From an uncultured Chloroflexia bacterium (GTDB lineage Bacteria > Chloroflexota > Limnocylindria > Limnocylindrales > CSP1-4), in assembly GCA_963746845.1 (NCBI GenBank), contig CAVVCZ010000007.1:32001-96000 (forward strand): a DNA stretch of 64,000 nucleotides, in the 5' to 3' direction. This document shows, piece by piece, positions 48,700-58,363 of this stretch. The position numbers were made by a program, and so were the translations under genes. The notes beneath the pieces are model-generated. The model searched no databases and was not told the DNA's origin. It worked only from the letters and a program-made list of their open reading frames with translations. The first letter of the stretch is position 1. The number at the start of each line of letters is the position of its first letter.

Positions 48700-49863
48700 T
48701 CAGGCGAACAGGCCGAGCTTGCCGGGGAGCTCGGCGAGGACCTCGGACAGCTTCGCCATCCGGGCCTGGAGCGCGCCCAGGTCGGCCTTCGTGATCGCCG
48801 AGAACGGCTGGTAGCCCGACCCGTCCGCGTAGCGGCCGATGATCTCGTCGACCGCGCCATACGCCGCGTCGACGCCCGAGAGGTACGTCGGATCGACGGT
48901 CTGGATCGTCGGCCGCATGATGTCGACGATCTTCTTCGAGCCGGCCACGTTCCCGGCGATCGACCACAGGTCGGCCCCGGAGTAGCGGTCCTCCTCCCCG
49001 GTCAGCTTCGACTGGGCGACCTCCTCGATCAGCTCGCCGGCGCCGCGGGCCATGACCCGGGGCTCGATGTCCAGGGTCGCGAGCCGCTTGCCCAGCTCGG
49101 TCGCGTCGGCGCCGAGGCCCGCGGCGATCGGTGCGAGCCCGTTCGTCGTGCCGTCCTTCCACAGCCCCTTCTCCAGGCGGTGCCAGCCGAGGAACGCCGG
49201 ATCGTCGACGCCGCCCGCGAAGTCCTCCTCGCGGGCGTCCATCCGCGTGTCGAGGTCCGAGAACAGCTCCGCGACCGGCTCGATCCGCTCCCAGGCCGGG
49301 CGCGACGGCGCGTAGGCGGCCTTCGCCGCATCGAGCTTGCCGTCCTCCACGGCGGTGACGAACGGCGCGAGGTTCTGCGTCAGCTCGGCGGCCTGCTCGC
49401 GGACGTACGTCTCGTATGCGGTCCGATAGCCCGCCAGGGTCGCAGCGTCGATGACCGCGCTGGACGGCCGGGGGGCCGAGCCGCCGGTCACGGCCAGCTG
49501 GCCGCGCGGTGCCTGGAGCGAGTAGCAGATCAGGGCGTAGGTGCCACCGTCGAGGCGGGTCGCGAAGTTGATCACGAACCCGGGGACGATGTTCTCGACC
49601 TCGTCGACGACACGGGTGCCGGACAGGACCTCGAATTCGGCCGCATCCGGGCCGCCGTTCGTCACCTCGAACACGACCCGGCCCGCCGTGGCGTTGAGGC
49701 TGCCGGGCGTACAGCCGCTCGCCGTCAGCGTCACGGGGATCCGCGCCTCGGCATCACCGGCCGCCGTGCCGGATCCCGCCGGTGACGCGCTGCACGCGCC
49801 GACGACGACGGCGACCAGGGCCGAGGCGGCGAGGCGCGTGGAGCGGCGAGAACGGGTCGTCAT
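48700..49863 (-). CDS. efeO: Iron uptake lipoprotein (cupredoxin + M75/imelysin)
   Basis: Lipobox VGAC, EVENIVPG, ERIEPVAE, DAREED, GWHRLE, KLTGEEDRYS. Confidence 0.92.
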   Translation of the reverse strand: MTTRSRRSTRLAASALVAVVVGACSASPAGSGTAAGDAEARIPVTLTASGCTPGSLNATAGRVVFEVTNGGPDAAEFEVLSGTRVVDEVENIVPGFVINFATRLDGGTYALICYSLQAPRGQLAVTGGSAPRPSSAVIDAATLAGYRTAYETYVREQAAELTQNLAPFVTAVEDGKLDAAKAAYAPSRPAWERIEPVAELFSDLDTRMDAREEDFAGGVDDPAFLGWHRLEKGLWKDGTTNGLAPIAAGLGADATELGKRLATLDIEPRVMARGAGELIEEVAQSKLTGEEDRYSGADLWSIAGNVAGSKKIVDIMRPTIQTVDPTYLSGVDAAYGAVDEIIGRYADGSGYQPFSAITKADLGALQARMAKLSEVLAELPGKLGLFA

Positions 49864-50035
49864 GTCGGCGAGCGTGCCTCCGTGGTTGGTCGCGATCGGG
49901 CGGCACTCCGCGCCGCGCCGCGTCGCTCCGGCGGGCGGAATGGTAAGCCAACCTGCCTCAGCAGGGCAAGGGCACTTGCGTTACGATACCAAGTATGCTT
50001 GCTGACCAGCCACCAGCCGGCCCGGGACTCCGGGC

Positions 50036-50872
50036 GTGATCCCGGCCTTCCTGATCACCCTCCGCGAGGGGCTCGAGGCGGCCCTGATCGTCGGGATCGT
50101 CGCCGCGTATGTCGTCCGCGTCGGCCGGCGCGACGCGCTGCCGAAGGTCTGGTTCGGCGTGGCAGCGGCCGTCGGCCTGTCGATCGGGATCGGGCTCGTC
50201 GTCGTCGCCACGATCGAACGCCTGCCGCTCGTCGTCCAGGAGTCGATCGAGGGCGCGACCGCACTGCTCGCCGTCGCGATCCTGACCTGGATGCTCTTCT
50301 GGATGCGCCGCCAGGGCCGAGCGATGAAGGGCGAGCTCGAGCACGGCGTCGATCTGGCCCTCGCGAAGGGCTCGGTCGCGGCGCTCGTCGGCCTCGCGTT
50401 CGTGGCCGTCTTCCGCGAGGGCATCGAGACGGTCCTGTTCATGGCCGTGGTCTTCTCGGCGACGCAGGTGGGTCCCGGCCCAGCGTTCGGGGCCATCGCC
50501 GGTCTCGCGGTCGCGGTGCTGATCGGCTGGGCGATCTTCGTCGCCGGCGTCCGGATCGACCTGCGCCGCTTCTTCTCGATCACCGGGGTGCTCCTGATCT
50601 TCGTGGCGGCGGGCCTGTGCGCCTTCGCCGTCGGCGAATTCGGCGAGGCGGGGCTGATCTCGAACACCGGCGCCGTCTTCGACCTGAGCGGGGTCCTGCC
50701 GGTGACCAGCGCGCTCGGGAGCGTGCTCGCGGGGCTCTTCGGCTATCGAGCGTCCCCCACCCCGCTCGAGCTGATCGCGTACTTCGCCTACCTGATCCCG
50801 GTCCTGACGCTGTTCCTCCTCGGGGATCGCCGGTCGGCACCGCGGGCGAAGCCGGTCGACGCCGGGGCCTGA
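50036..50872 (+). CDS. efeU: FTR1 family iron permease
   Basis: LREGLEA and FREGIET motifs, WMLFWM. Confidence 0.93.
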   Translation: MIPAFLITLREGLEAALIVGIVAAYVVRVGRRDALPKVWFGVAAAVGLSIGIGLVVVATIERLPLVVQESIEGATALLAVAILTWMLFWMRRQGRAMKGELEHGVDLALAKGSVAALVGLAFVAVFREGIETVLFMAVVFSATQVGPGPAFGAIAGLAVAVLIGWAIFVAGVRIDLRRFFSITGVLLIFVAAGLCAFAVGEFGEAGLISNTGAVFDLSGVLPVTSALGSVLAGLFGYRASPTPLELIAYFAYLIPVLTLFLLGDRRSAPRAKPVDAGA

Positions 50873-50882
50873 TCCGGCTCCG

Positions 50883-51818
50883 TCAACCGCGCGTCGAGAG
50901 GTCGGCGAGGGTCGGCGGGTCGGCGCCCGCCCGGCCGACCGTCCAGGACGCGACGCGCACCGCGAACCGGACGGCGTCGAGGACGGCGTCCGCGTCATGG
51001 AGGTCCTCCCGTCCCCGTCCCGAGTGCGTCCAGGCCGCCAGGAACCCGGCCGCGAACGCGTCGCCCGCGCCGACGGTGTCGACGAGCGGGACCCGCGGGA
51101 CCGGGATCTCGACCGTGCCCGCGGGGCGGACGATCCGGATCGGCGCCGGGCCGTCCGTCAGCAGGACGATCGCCGGCCCCGCTGCGACGAGCCCGCGCGC
51201 GGCGGCGATCGCGTCGGCGCCGGGGGCGAGCCAGCGGAGGTCGTCGACGCTGACCTTGACGACGTCGGCACGGCGCACGACCGCCTTCAGCCGCGCCCGG
51301 TAGACCGTCTCGTCGAGGATCGCCGCCGGGCGGATGTTCGGGTCGAGCATCACCAGGACGGCCGAGTCGGCCGCCGCGACCAGATCGGCGATCGTCGTCG
51401 CCGTCGGCTCCAGCACGAGGCCGAGCGTGCCCACGTGGAACACCGCCGCGGTCGGCGGCAGCCCGTCCGGAAGGTCGTCAGAGCGGAGCCCCGCCGCCGC
51501 GGAGCCCGGCGGCTCGAACCGGTAGGTCGCCGCGCCATGGGCGTCGAGCGAGGCGATCGCCTGGAGGGTCGGCTCGTCCGTGTCCCGGGTCAGCGACAGG
51601 TCGACGCCGTCGTCTTCGAGGAGTCCGCGGAGAACACGCCCGTCGGGGTCGGTCGAGAGGCGGCCGAGGAACGCCACCCGGCAGCCGAGCCGGCCCAGGG
51701 CACGCGCGGTCGTGAACGGTCCGCCGCCGGGCACGGCATCGACCCGCCCGTCGGTCCGCGCGATCCGGTCGATCAGGCTCTCCCCGGCGACGACGATCAG
51801 GGGTCGGTCATCGGACAT
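50883..51818 (-). CDS. PfkB family carbohydrate kinase (fructokinase-like)
   Basis: GESLID, PGGGPF, LDPNIRP, KVSVDDL, DTVGAGDAF. Confidence 0.92.
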   Translation of the reverse strand: MSDDRPLIVVAGESLIDRIARTDGRVDAVPGGGPFTTARALGRLGCRVAFLGRLSTDPDGRVLRGLLEDDGVDLSLTRDTDEPTLQAIASLDAHGAATYRFEPPGSAAAGLRSDDLPDGLPPTAAVFHVGTLGLVLEPTATTIADLVAAADSAVLVMLDPNIRPAAILDETVYRARLKAVVRRADVVKVSVDDLRWLAPGADAIAAARGLVAAGPAIVLLTDGPAPIRIVRPAGTVEIPVPRVPLVDTVGAGDAFAAGFLAAWTHSGRGREDLHDADAVLDAVRFAVRVASWTVGRAGADPPTLADLSTRG

Positions 51819-51872
51819 CGCCGAAGCGTAGGGCGGCCGCCGAGCCGGCGTCCGTGCCGGTAGGCTGCCGCG

Positions 51873-52577
51873 ATGGACCGGCTGACGAGCGTTGCGGAGC
51901 TGCTGGACGGGCCACTCGACGACGAGCGCGCGCTGGTCGGCAACCTGCGCGACCTCGCCCGGCTCAACCGGCTGACCGGTGGAGCCCGCCTGTCTCAGCG
52001 GGCCATCGCGTCGTTGGCGCCAGACCGAGGAGCGCCGATCGCGACGCTGCTGGACGTCGGCACGGGCGCCGCCGACATCCCGATGACGCTGCTGGCCGCC
52101 GCCCGGCGCGCGGGCACGACCCTCACGATCACCGCGACCGACAGCCGGCCCGAGGTGATCGCCGCGGCGCGCACCGCCCGCCCGGCGATCGACCGGGTCG
52201 ACGGGCTGGAGCTCGCGATCGCCGACGGACGCGGCCTGCCCTGGCCGGATGCCGCGTTCGACGTCGCGCACGCGTCGATGGTGCTGCACCACCTCGAGCC
52301 GGACGACGCGGTCGCCTTCCTCCGGGAGCTGCGGCGGGTGGCCCGGATCGGGATCGTCGCGAACGACCTGGCCCGCGGGCGGCTCAACTGGGTCGGGGCA
52401 TGGGTGCTGATCCACGCCACTGCGACGAGCCGGTTCACCCGCCACGATGGCCCCCTGTCGGTACGGCGCGCGTACACGCGCCGGGAGCTGGACGAGCTCA
52501 TCGCGGCGGCGGGTCTGACGCCCATGCGCACGGTCGTGGGCTTCGCCGGGCATCGGGTCGCGATCGCCGCTCGGTGA
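51873..52577 (+). CDS. SAM-dependent methyltransferase (type usually found beside type III PKS)
   Basis: ELLD..NLRDLARLNRLTGG, LLDVGTGAADIP, LHH, NDLAR, TRHDGPLSVRRAYT. Confidence 0.9.
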   Translation: MDRLTSVAELLDGPLDDERALVGNLRDLARLNRLTGGARLSQRAIASLAPDRGAPIATLLDVGTGAADIPMTLLAAARRAGTTLTITATDSRPEVIAAARTARPAIDRVDGLELAIADGRGLPWPDAAFDVAHASMVLHHLEPDDAVAFLRELRRVARIGIVANDLARGRLNWVGAWVLIHATATSRFTRHDGPLSVRRAYTRRELDELIAAAGLTPMRTVVGFAGHRVAIAAR

Positions 52578-52610
52578 GCCGGCCGCGTTCCAGCGACTAC
52601 GCTCCGCGCG

Positions 52611-53801
52611 ATGGAGCGACGCGAGGTCCTGATCGTCGGCGGGGGTCCGGCCGGCGCCGCAACGGCGATCGGGCTGGCGCGGCGCGGCCGCGACGTGCTC
52701 CTCGTCGAGCGCGCTCCCGTGTGGCGCTGGCGGGCGTGCGGCGTGTTCACGTCGCCTGCGACGGTTCGTGCGCTGCGGCGTATCGGCGTCGCGGACGAGG
52801 ACCTGGCGCGGGTCGCGCGGCGGGTGCCAGCGATGCGCGTCGAGACGCCGGCGGGGACGATGTTCCGCCTGACCTACGGAGACGACGGCTCACTCGGCTC
52901 GGCGGCGGTCGGGCTCGATCGGTCGACGCTGGATCCGTGGCTCCTCGGCCTTGCCCGGGCGGCGGGTGCCGAGGTCCGCGAGGGCGTGTCTGTCCGTTCC
53001 GTCCGGGAGGGCGGGGCGGTGGCGGCGGACGGAGCGGAGATCGAGGCCCGGGTCGTCGTCGGGGCGGACGGGCTGCGATCCGTCGTCGCGCGGGACGCGG
53101 GCGTCGTTCGAAGGCCGCCACTCGGCGATCGTCCGGCGCTCACCTTCCACGTCGAGGATCCCGGGCCGGACGTCGCACGGGACGCACGAATGGTCGTCTT
53201 CGACGGCGGCTACGTCGGTCTGGCACCCGTTCCTGGTGGCCGGGTGAACGTCGGGATCGTCCTCGCGACCCGGAGCTGGCGCGATCGACTGCGGGCGGAG
53301 GGCGCCGCCGCCGTCGCGGCCGCGGTCCTGGCGGCGATCCCGCCGGCCGACGACGACCCGGTCCCGTGGGCGGCGCCGCGGATCCGCGATGGGTTCGAGG
53401 GCGCGTCGCCGGTCGGGACACGCGTCGTGACCCGGGCCGGGGCTCGGTGGCTCCTCGTCGGGGACGCGGCGGGCTTCCTCGATCCGTTCACGGGCGAGGG
53501 CCTCCACCGGGCCCTGCGATCGGCGGAGCTCGCGACGGCCGCCACGGACCGATTCCTGACCGGTGACCCGGCCGCGCTCGGCGCGTACGACCGGGCGCTC
53601 GCCCGTCGCACGCGATCGAAGGATGCTGTCAGCCTGATCGTCCAGGCGTTCCTCGAGGTCCCCGCGCTCTTCGACTACGCGGCCCGCCGGCTCGCGGCGC
53701 GGTCGACGGTCCGTGAGACGATGGGCCTCGTGATGGGCGACCTCGTCCCGGCGTCGACGGCCTTCGACCCGCGCTTCCTCGTCGGGCTCCTCCGCCCGTG
53801 A
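52611..53801 (+). CDS. FAD-dependent oxidoreductase (geranylgeranyl reductase/monooxygenase-like)
   Basis: IVGGGPAG, RACG, GADG, VGDAAGFLDPFTGEG. Confidence 0.9.
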   Translation: MERREVLIVGGGPAGAATAIGLARRGRDVLLVERAPVWRWRACGVFTSPATVRALRRIGVADEDLARVARRVPAMRVETPAGTMFRLTYGDDGSLGSAAVGLDRSTLDPWLLGLARAAGAEVREGVSVRSVREGGAVAADGAEIEARVVVGADGLRSVVARDAGVVRRPPLGDRPALTFHVEDPGPDVARDARMVVFDGGYVGLAPVPGGRVNVGIVLATRSWRDRLRAEGAAAVAAAVLAAIPPADDDPVPWAAPRIRDGFEGASPVGTRVVTRAGARWLLVGDAAGFLDPFTGEGLHRALRSAELATAATDRFLTGDPAALGAYDRALARRTRSKDAVSLIVQAFLEVPALFDYAARRLAARSTVRETMGLVMGDLVPASTAFDPRFLVGLLRP

Positions 53802-54286
53802 CCGAGCCCGGTCATGTGCCGCCGGACGAGGCGAAGCTCCCGCGGCGGACACGCCTGGGCGGCTACGCGCTCTGCACGGACGAGCAGGACCGGATCCTGC
53901 TCGCCCGCCTGTCCGCGATCGAGGTCGACGTGGGCGCGTGGACCCTGCCCGGCGGCGGCGTCGACTTCGGCGAGCACCCGGACCACGCGGTGATCCGCGA
54001 GCTCGAGGAGGAGACCGGCCTGATCGGGGAGATCGACGGCGTCGCGGGCGTGTTCTCGCACGTCTACCGCCAGTCGCGCGCCGTCGCGGGCGCCGATCTC
54101 CACTTCCTCGGGATCCTGTACGTCGTCCGGGTCGTGGGCGGGCAGCTCCGCGACGAGGTCGACGGGACGACCGACGCCGCCCGCTGGTTCCGCCGGGACG
54201 AGCTGGCCGCGGTTCGCCTCGTCGAGATCGCGCGGTTCGGGGTGGATCTGGCGTTCGAGCGCCTGGCGGACCGGGCCGGGGCATGA
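53798..54286 (+). CDS. NUDIX hydrolase
   Basis: WTLPGGGVDFGEHPDHAVIRELEEETGL Nudix box. Confidence 0.92.
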   Translation: MTEPGHVPPDEAKLPRRTRLGGYALCTDEQDRILLARLSAIEVDVGAWTLPGGGVDFGEHPDHAVIRELEEETGLIGEIDGVAGVFSHVYRQSRAVAGADLHFLGILYVVRVVGGQLRDEVDGTTDAARWFRRDELAAVRLVEIARFGVDLAFERLADRAGA

Positions 54287-54792
54287 GGAGCACGATCGGG
54301 ATCGATGTCGCGGCTCCCGCCGAGCTGGTCTTCCGGCTGGCGCACGACGTGGAGCGCTGGCCGCGGCTCCTCCCCCACTACGTCGCCGCCACCCGCCTCG
54401 CGCCCGAGGACGTCGCAGGTCGGCTCGACGTGCGGTTCGTGGCCCGGCGGGCGTTCGTCCCGGTCCTCGGGCTCGGCATCCCGGTCGCCTGGCGTTCGCT
54501 GACCTGGTCCGAGCCGGAGGCCTGCCGGCTGCGGTTCGTCCATCGCGGCGGGGCGACGAACGGGATGGACGTGACCTGGCGGATCGAGACCCGCGAGGGC
54601 GGCGCCAGCCGGGTCGAGATCGACCACGACTTCCGGCCGCGGGTGCCGGGCTGGGCGTGGGCGATCGACCGGTTCTTCACGCGGCCGATCGCCGGCCGAA
54701 CGCTCGCGACCTTCCGGGCGCTGGCCGAGGCGATGGCCGAAACCACGACCGGGACGTCCGAACGGCCCGCCACGACGAACCCATCCTCGTGA
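54283..54792 (+). CDS. SRPBCC family polyketide cyclase/aromatase
   Basis: IDVAAPAELVFRLAHDVERWPRLLPHY, W.S, GMDVTW, IAGRTL. Confidence 0.85.
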   Translation: MRSTIGIDVAAPAELVFRLAHDVERWPRLLPHYVAATRLAPEDVAGRLDVRFVARRAFVPVLGLGIPVAWRSLTWSEPEACRLRFVHRGGATNGMDVTWRIETREGGASRVEIDHDFRPRVPGWAWAIDRFFTRPIAGRTLATFRALAEAMAETTTGTSERPATTNPSS

Positions 54793-56054
54793 GCGATCGT
54801 CGACGCGTCTGGATCACCGGGATCGGGCTGATCACCGCGATCGGGACCGGCGTCGACGCCTTCCGGGCAGGCCTGCGCGCCGGCTGCTCGCCGATCAAGC
54901 GGATCGACCGGTTCGATCCGTCGCCGTTCCGGAGCCAGGTCGCCGCCCAGATCGACGACTTCGACCCGGCCGCCTGGATGCCCCCGAAGACCGCCCGCCA
55001 GCTCGACCGGTTCAGCCAGTTCGGGCTGGTGGCCGGTCAGCTCGCGCTCGAGGACGCCGGGCTGCGGCCGGGCGAAGGCGGTGCGGCCGCCCGCGAGCGG
55101 ATCGGCATCTTCCTCGGCAGCGCGCTCGGCGGGATCGCCTACGCCGAGGGCCAGCACGAGCGCTATCTCGAGCGCGGGATCAAGGCCGTCGCACCGAACC
55201 TCGCGCTCGCGGTCTTCGGTGGTGCGGCGCCCGCCAATCTCGGCATCGCGCTCGACGTCCGCGGGCCGATCCTGTCGACCGCGAACTCGTGCGCGTCGGG
55301 GGCCGTCGCGCTCGGCGAGGCGCTGAACGCGATCCGGGACGGCGAGGTCGACGCCGCGGTCGCGGGCGGGGCGGAAGTGCCGCTGAGCGCGCTCGCGTTC
55401 GGGGCGTTCGACATCATCCGGGCCCTGTCCGACGGCCGGAACGACGACCCGGCCCGGGCCTGCCGCCCGTTCGACGCCGGCCGCGACGGCTTCGTCATGG
55501 GCGAGGGCGTCGCGCTGCTCGTGCTCGAGGCGGAGGAGATCGCTCGGGCGCGGGGCGCGGAGCCGTACGCCGAGCTCCTCGGCTACGGCGCGACGTCGGA
55601 CGCGTTCCACATGGTCCAGCCGCGGGCGGACGGATCGGAGGCCGGCCGCGCGGCGACGATCGCGCTGCGGGACGCAGGCGTCGCGCCGGACGAGATCGAC
55701 TGGGTGAGCGCCCACGCGTCGTCGACGCCGCTCGGCGACATCGCGGAGGCGCGGGCGATCCGGCTCGCCCTCGGGGAGCGGGCCGCGACCGTTCCCGTCA
55801 GTGGCACGAAAGCGCTCTACGGCCACCCGCTCGGTGCGTCCGGGGCAATCGAGGCCGCGATCTGCGCCCTCGCGATCCGGGACGGCTGGGTCCCTGCGTC
55901 GGCGAACCTGACGGCGCCCGAGCCCGAGATCGACGCCCTGCTGCCGGGTCTGCTCCACGCCGGTCGCGACGGCACGTATCGGCGGATCCTGTCGACCTCG
56001 TTCGGGTTCGGCGGCCTCAACGGGGCTGTGGTGATCGGCGCAACCGGCGGATAA
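54789..56054 (+). CDS. FabF/KS-alpha-like beta-ketoacyl synthase
   Basis: VWITGIG, DRFSQF, NSCASG (Cys), RPFD..RDGFVMGEG, AHASST, GHPLGASG, SFGFGG. Confidence 0.93.
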   Translation: MSDRRRVWITGIGLITAIGTGVDAFRAGLRAGCSPIKRIDRFDPSPFRSQVAAQIDDFDPAAWMPPKTARQLDRFSQFGLVAGQLALEDAGLRPGEGGAAARERIGIFLGSALGGIAYAEGQHERYLERGIKAVAPNLALAVFGGAAPANLGIALDVRGPILSTANSCASGAVALGEALNAIRDGEVDAAVAGGAEVPLSALAFGAFDIIRALSDGRNDDPARACRPFDAGRDGFVMGEGVALLVLEAEEIARARGAEPYAELLGYGATSDAFHMVQPRADGSEAGRAATIALRDAGVAPDEIDWVSAHASSTPLGDIAEARAIRLALGERAATVPVSGTKALYGHPLGASGAIEAAICALAIRDGWVPASANLTAPEPEIDALLPGLLHAGRDGTYRRILSTSFGFGGLNGAVVIGATGG

Positions 56055-56102
56055 GCGGTTCGGCGTAGAGTCGGGTCGAACGACAGCACCGGAGAACCCG
56101 CC

Positions 56103-56831
56103 ATGGCCGTTGCCTCACCCAGCTTCGCCGGCTTCCGACCGGAGGCCATCCAGTTCCTCGCGGACCTCGCCGAGAACAACGACCGGGCGTGGTTCCAGCC
56201 GCGCAAGGCGGAGTTCGAGCGGCTCCTCAAGACGCCGATGGAGGAGCTCTGCGTCGCCCTCGAGGCGGAGTTCCGCGCCCGCGATCTGCCGCTCCACGCA
56301 GACCCGGCCCGGTCTCCGTTCCGGATCTACCGCGACACGCGCTTCTCCAAGGACAAGTCGCCGTACAAGACTCACGTCTCCGCGAGCTTCGGCTGGGCCG
56401 GCGACGGCGTCGGGGCGGCCGAAGGGCGGTCGCACACGGACAACGTCCATGCGAGCGGCGGGTACTTCCACCTCCAGCCCGGCGAGATCTACGTCGGCGG
56501 CGGGGTCTGGCACCCGGATTCGGCCTGGCTGGCCGGCTTCCGCCGGCGTGTGGCGGGCGATCTCGATGGCTTCAGGGCGATCGCCGAGGCGCCGGCGTTC
56601 ACCAAGGCATTCGGGCGGGTCAGCGACGACGGCGAGTCGCTGAAGCGCGTCCCGCCCGGCTATCCCGCCGATCACCCGGCGGCGGACATCCTCCGCCTCA
56701 AGAACGTGACCTTCGGTCGACGGCTGTCGGACGACGAGGCGCTCTCCCCGAAGCTCCCGACCGTGATCGTCGACACGTTCGCCCTCGGGACGCCGCTCAT
56801 GCGCTACCTCGCGACGATCGGCGCCGGCTGA
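56103..56831 (+). CDS. DUF2461 family protein
   Basis: FLADLAENNDRAWF, FRIYRDTRFSKDKSPYKT, LKRVPPGY..DHP. Confidence 0.9.
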   Translation: MAVASPSFAGFRPEAIQFLADLAENNDRAWFQPRKAEFERLLKTPMEELCVALEAEFRARDLPLHADPARSPFRIYRDTRFSKDKSPYKTHVSASFGWAGDGVGAAEGRSHTDNVHASGGYFHLQPGEIYVGGGVWHPDSAWLAGFRRRVAGDLDGFRAIAEAPAFTKAFGRVSDDGESLKRVPPGYPADHPAADILRLKNVTFGRRLSDDEALSPKLPTVIVDTFALGTPLMRYLATIGAG

Positions 56832-56839
56832 GCCGTCGG

Positions 56840-58315
56840 TCAAGCGAGGACGGCCTGGCCGATCTCGTCCTCCTCGACCTGGTGACCGCCGCGCATGGCC
56901 GACACGCCGGCCCCGATCAGGCTGAACACGACGCCCACCGCGAACGCGAGCTGGAGCGCCTCAATGAACGGACCGAGGTCGATCCCGGCCGAGCCGGTCT
57001 GCGCGCCGGAGAACACCGCGAGGAGCACCTCGGGATTCACAACGCTCGTCACGAGGCCCAGCGCCAGGGCGATGCTCACCATGAACCCGACCTGCGTGAG
57101 CATCATCCTTGCGCCCGCACCCATCCCGCGTTTGTCGGCCGGGATCGCGCCCATGACGGCACTGGTGTTCGGTGAGGCAAAGAGGCCCGAGCCGGCGCCC
57201 ACGATGAGCTGCCACAGGACGAGCTGCCAGATCGGCGTGTCGACGGCGATCGTGAGCGCCAGCCCGGCGAGCCCGACCGCGGTGACCAGCATGCCCGCCG
57301 TGGCGAGCATCCGCGATCCGGAGCGGTCGGCGAGCGCCCCGCTGATCGGCGACAGCACGAGCAGCCCGATCGCCAGCGGGCTCAGGAGGATCCCGGCCGT
57401 GACCGGATCGAACCCGCGCACGCCCTGGAGGTAGAAGACGAGCAGGAACAGGACGCCGTTCCGGGCGATCCCGTTGAGCAGGCTCGTCAGGTTGCCCATC
57501 GAGAAGAGCCGATTTCGGAAGAGCCCGAGGTCGAGGAGCGGATCCCGGCGGTTCCGCTCGACGAGCAGGAACACCGGGAGCGCGACGAGGAACGTCACGA
57601 AGCCGCCGACGATCCACCACGTCGTCCAGCCGTAGATCCCGCCGAACCCGAGCGCCGCCATCAGCCCGGTGAGCCCCGCGATGCACAGGACGGTGCCGGG
57701 GACGTCGAACCGGCGGCGGGTCTGCGGCCGGACCTGCTCGACCAGGAGGCCCGCCGCGGCGAGCGACCCGACGATCCCGATCGGCACGTTGAACCAGAAG
57801 ATCGTCCGCCAGCCGTAGGTCGTCAGCCAGCCGCCGAGGATCGGCCCGAGAATCTGCCCCGCCCCGATGACCATCGCGTTGATCCCGAGGGCCCGGCCCA
57901 GCTCGCGGCGCGGGAACGCGTCGGTGACCAGCGCGGCGGAGTTCGCCATCAGGAGCGCCCCGCCGACGCCCTGGAGCACCCGGCCGCCGATCAGCAACAG
58001 ATCGGTCGGCGCGAGCGCACACCCGATCGAGGCGATCGTGAACACGACGAAGCCCGTCGTGTACGAGCGGGCCCGGCCGATCTGGTCGGCGATGGTGCCG
58101 GCGTTCAGGACGAGGACGGTCGCGACGAGCGTGTAGCCGATGACGATCCAGAGCAGCGCGAACAGGGTCGTCTGGAGGTCCCGGAGGATGTCCGGCAGGG
58201 CGATGATCAACGTCCCGGAGGTCAGCGAGGCGAGCAGCGCGCCCAGGCTCGTGACCGCGAGAACGACCCAGCGGTAGTTGTCGCGGGTCTCGCCCGCCGC
58301 ATGCCTAACCTTCAC
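56840..58315 (-). CDS. MFS drug:H+ antiporter (DHA2, EmrB/QacA-like)
   Basis: About 14 TM, IALPDI, GTIADQIGR, RVLQGVG, GPILGG, WRTIFWFNVPIG. Confidence 0.93.
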   Translation of the reverse strand: MKVRHAAGETRDNYRWVVLAVTSLGALLASLTSGTLIIALPDILRDLQTTLFALLWIVIGYTLVATVLVLNAGTIADQIGRARSYTTGFVVFTIASIGCALAPTDLLLIGGRVLQGVGGALLMANSAALVTDAFPRRELGRALGINAMVIGAGQILGPILGGWLTTYGWRTIFWFNVPIGIVGSLAAAGLLVEQVRPQTRRRFDVPGTVLCIAGLTGLMAALGFGGIYGWTTWWIVGGFVTFLVALPVFLLVERNRRDPLLDLGLFRNRLFSMGNLTSLLNGIARNGVLFLLVFYLQGVRGFDPVTAGILLSPLAIGLLVLSPISGALADRSGSRMLATAGMLVTAVGLAGLALTIAVDTPIWQLVLWQLIVGAGSGLFASPNTSAVMGAIPADKRGMGAGARMMLTQVGFMVSIALALGLVTSVVNPEVLLAVFSGAQTGSAGIDLGPFIEALQLAFAVGVVFSLIGAGVSAMRGGHQVEEDEIGQAVLA

Positions 58316-58328
58316 GTTGACGTGAAGG
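58309..58328. promoter_or_regulatory. Palindrome CCTTCACGT-TG-ACGTGAAGG with perfect 9-bp arms over the MFS start
   Basis: Seen directly; adjacent to TATCCT on the minus strand. Confidence 0.75.
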
Positions 58329-58363
58329 ATAATCCGACGTCTCGATCCGTGCTGTCGATGGCC

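Noticed and set aside
45863-49162. 1099-aa ORF as a fusion protein
   Set aside because: Read-through created by frameshifts in efeB and ALDH; the rest is Arg/Pro-rich off-frame sequence
49939-49957. DtxR/IdeR box upstream of efeO
   Set aside because: GGTAAGCCAACC is one base short of GGTWAGSCTWACC and lacks the TWA flanks
54789-56054. Housekeeping fabF
   Set aside because: No fab/acp neighbours, atypical HASST motif, coupled to a cyclase; no symbol assigned
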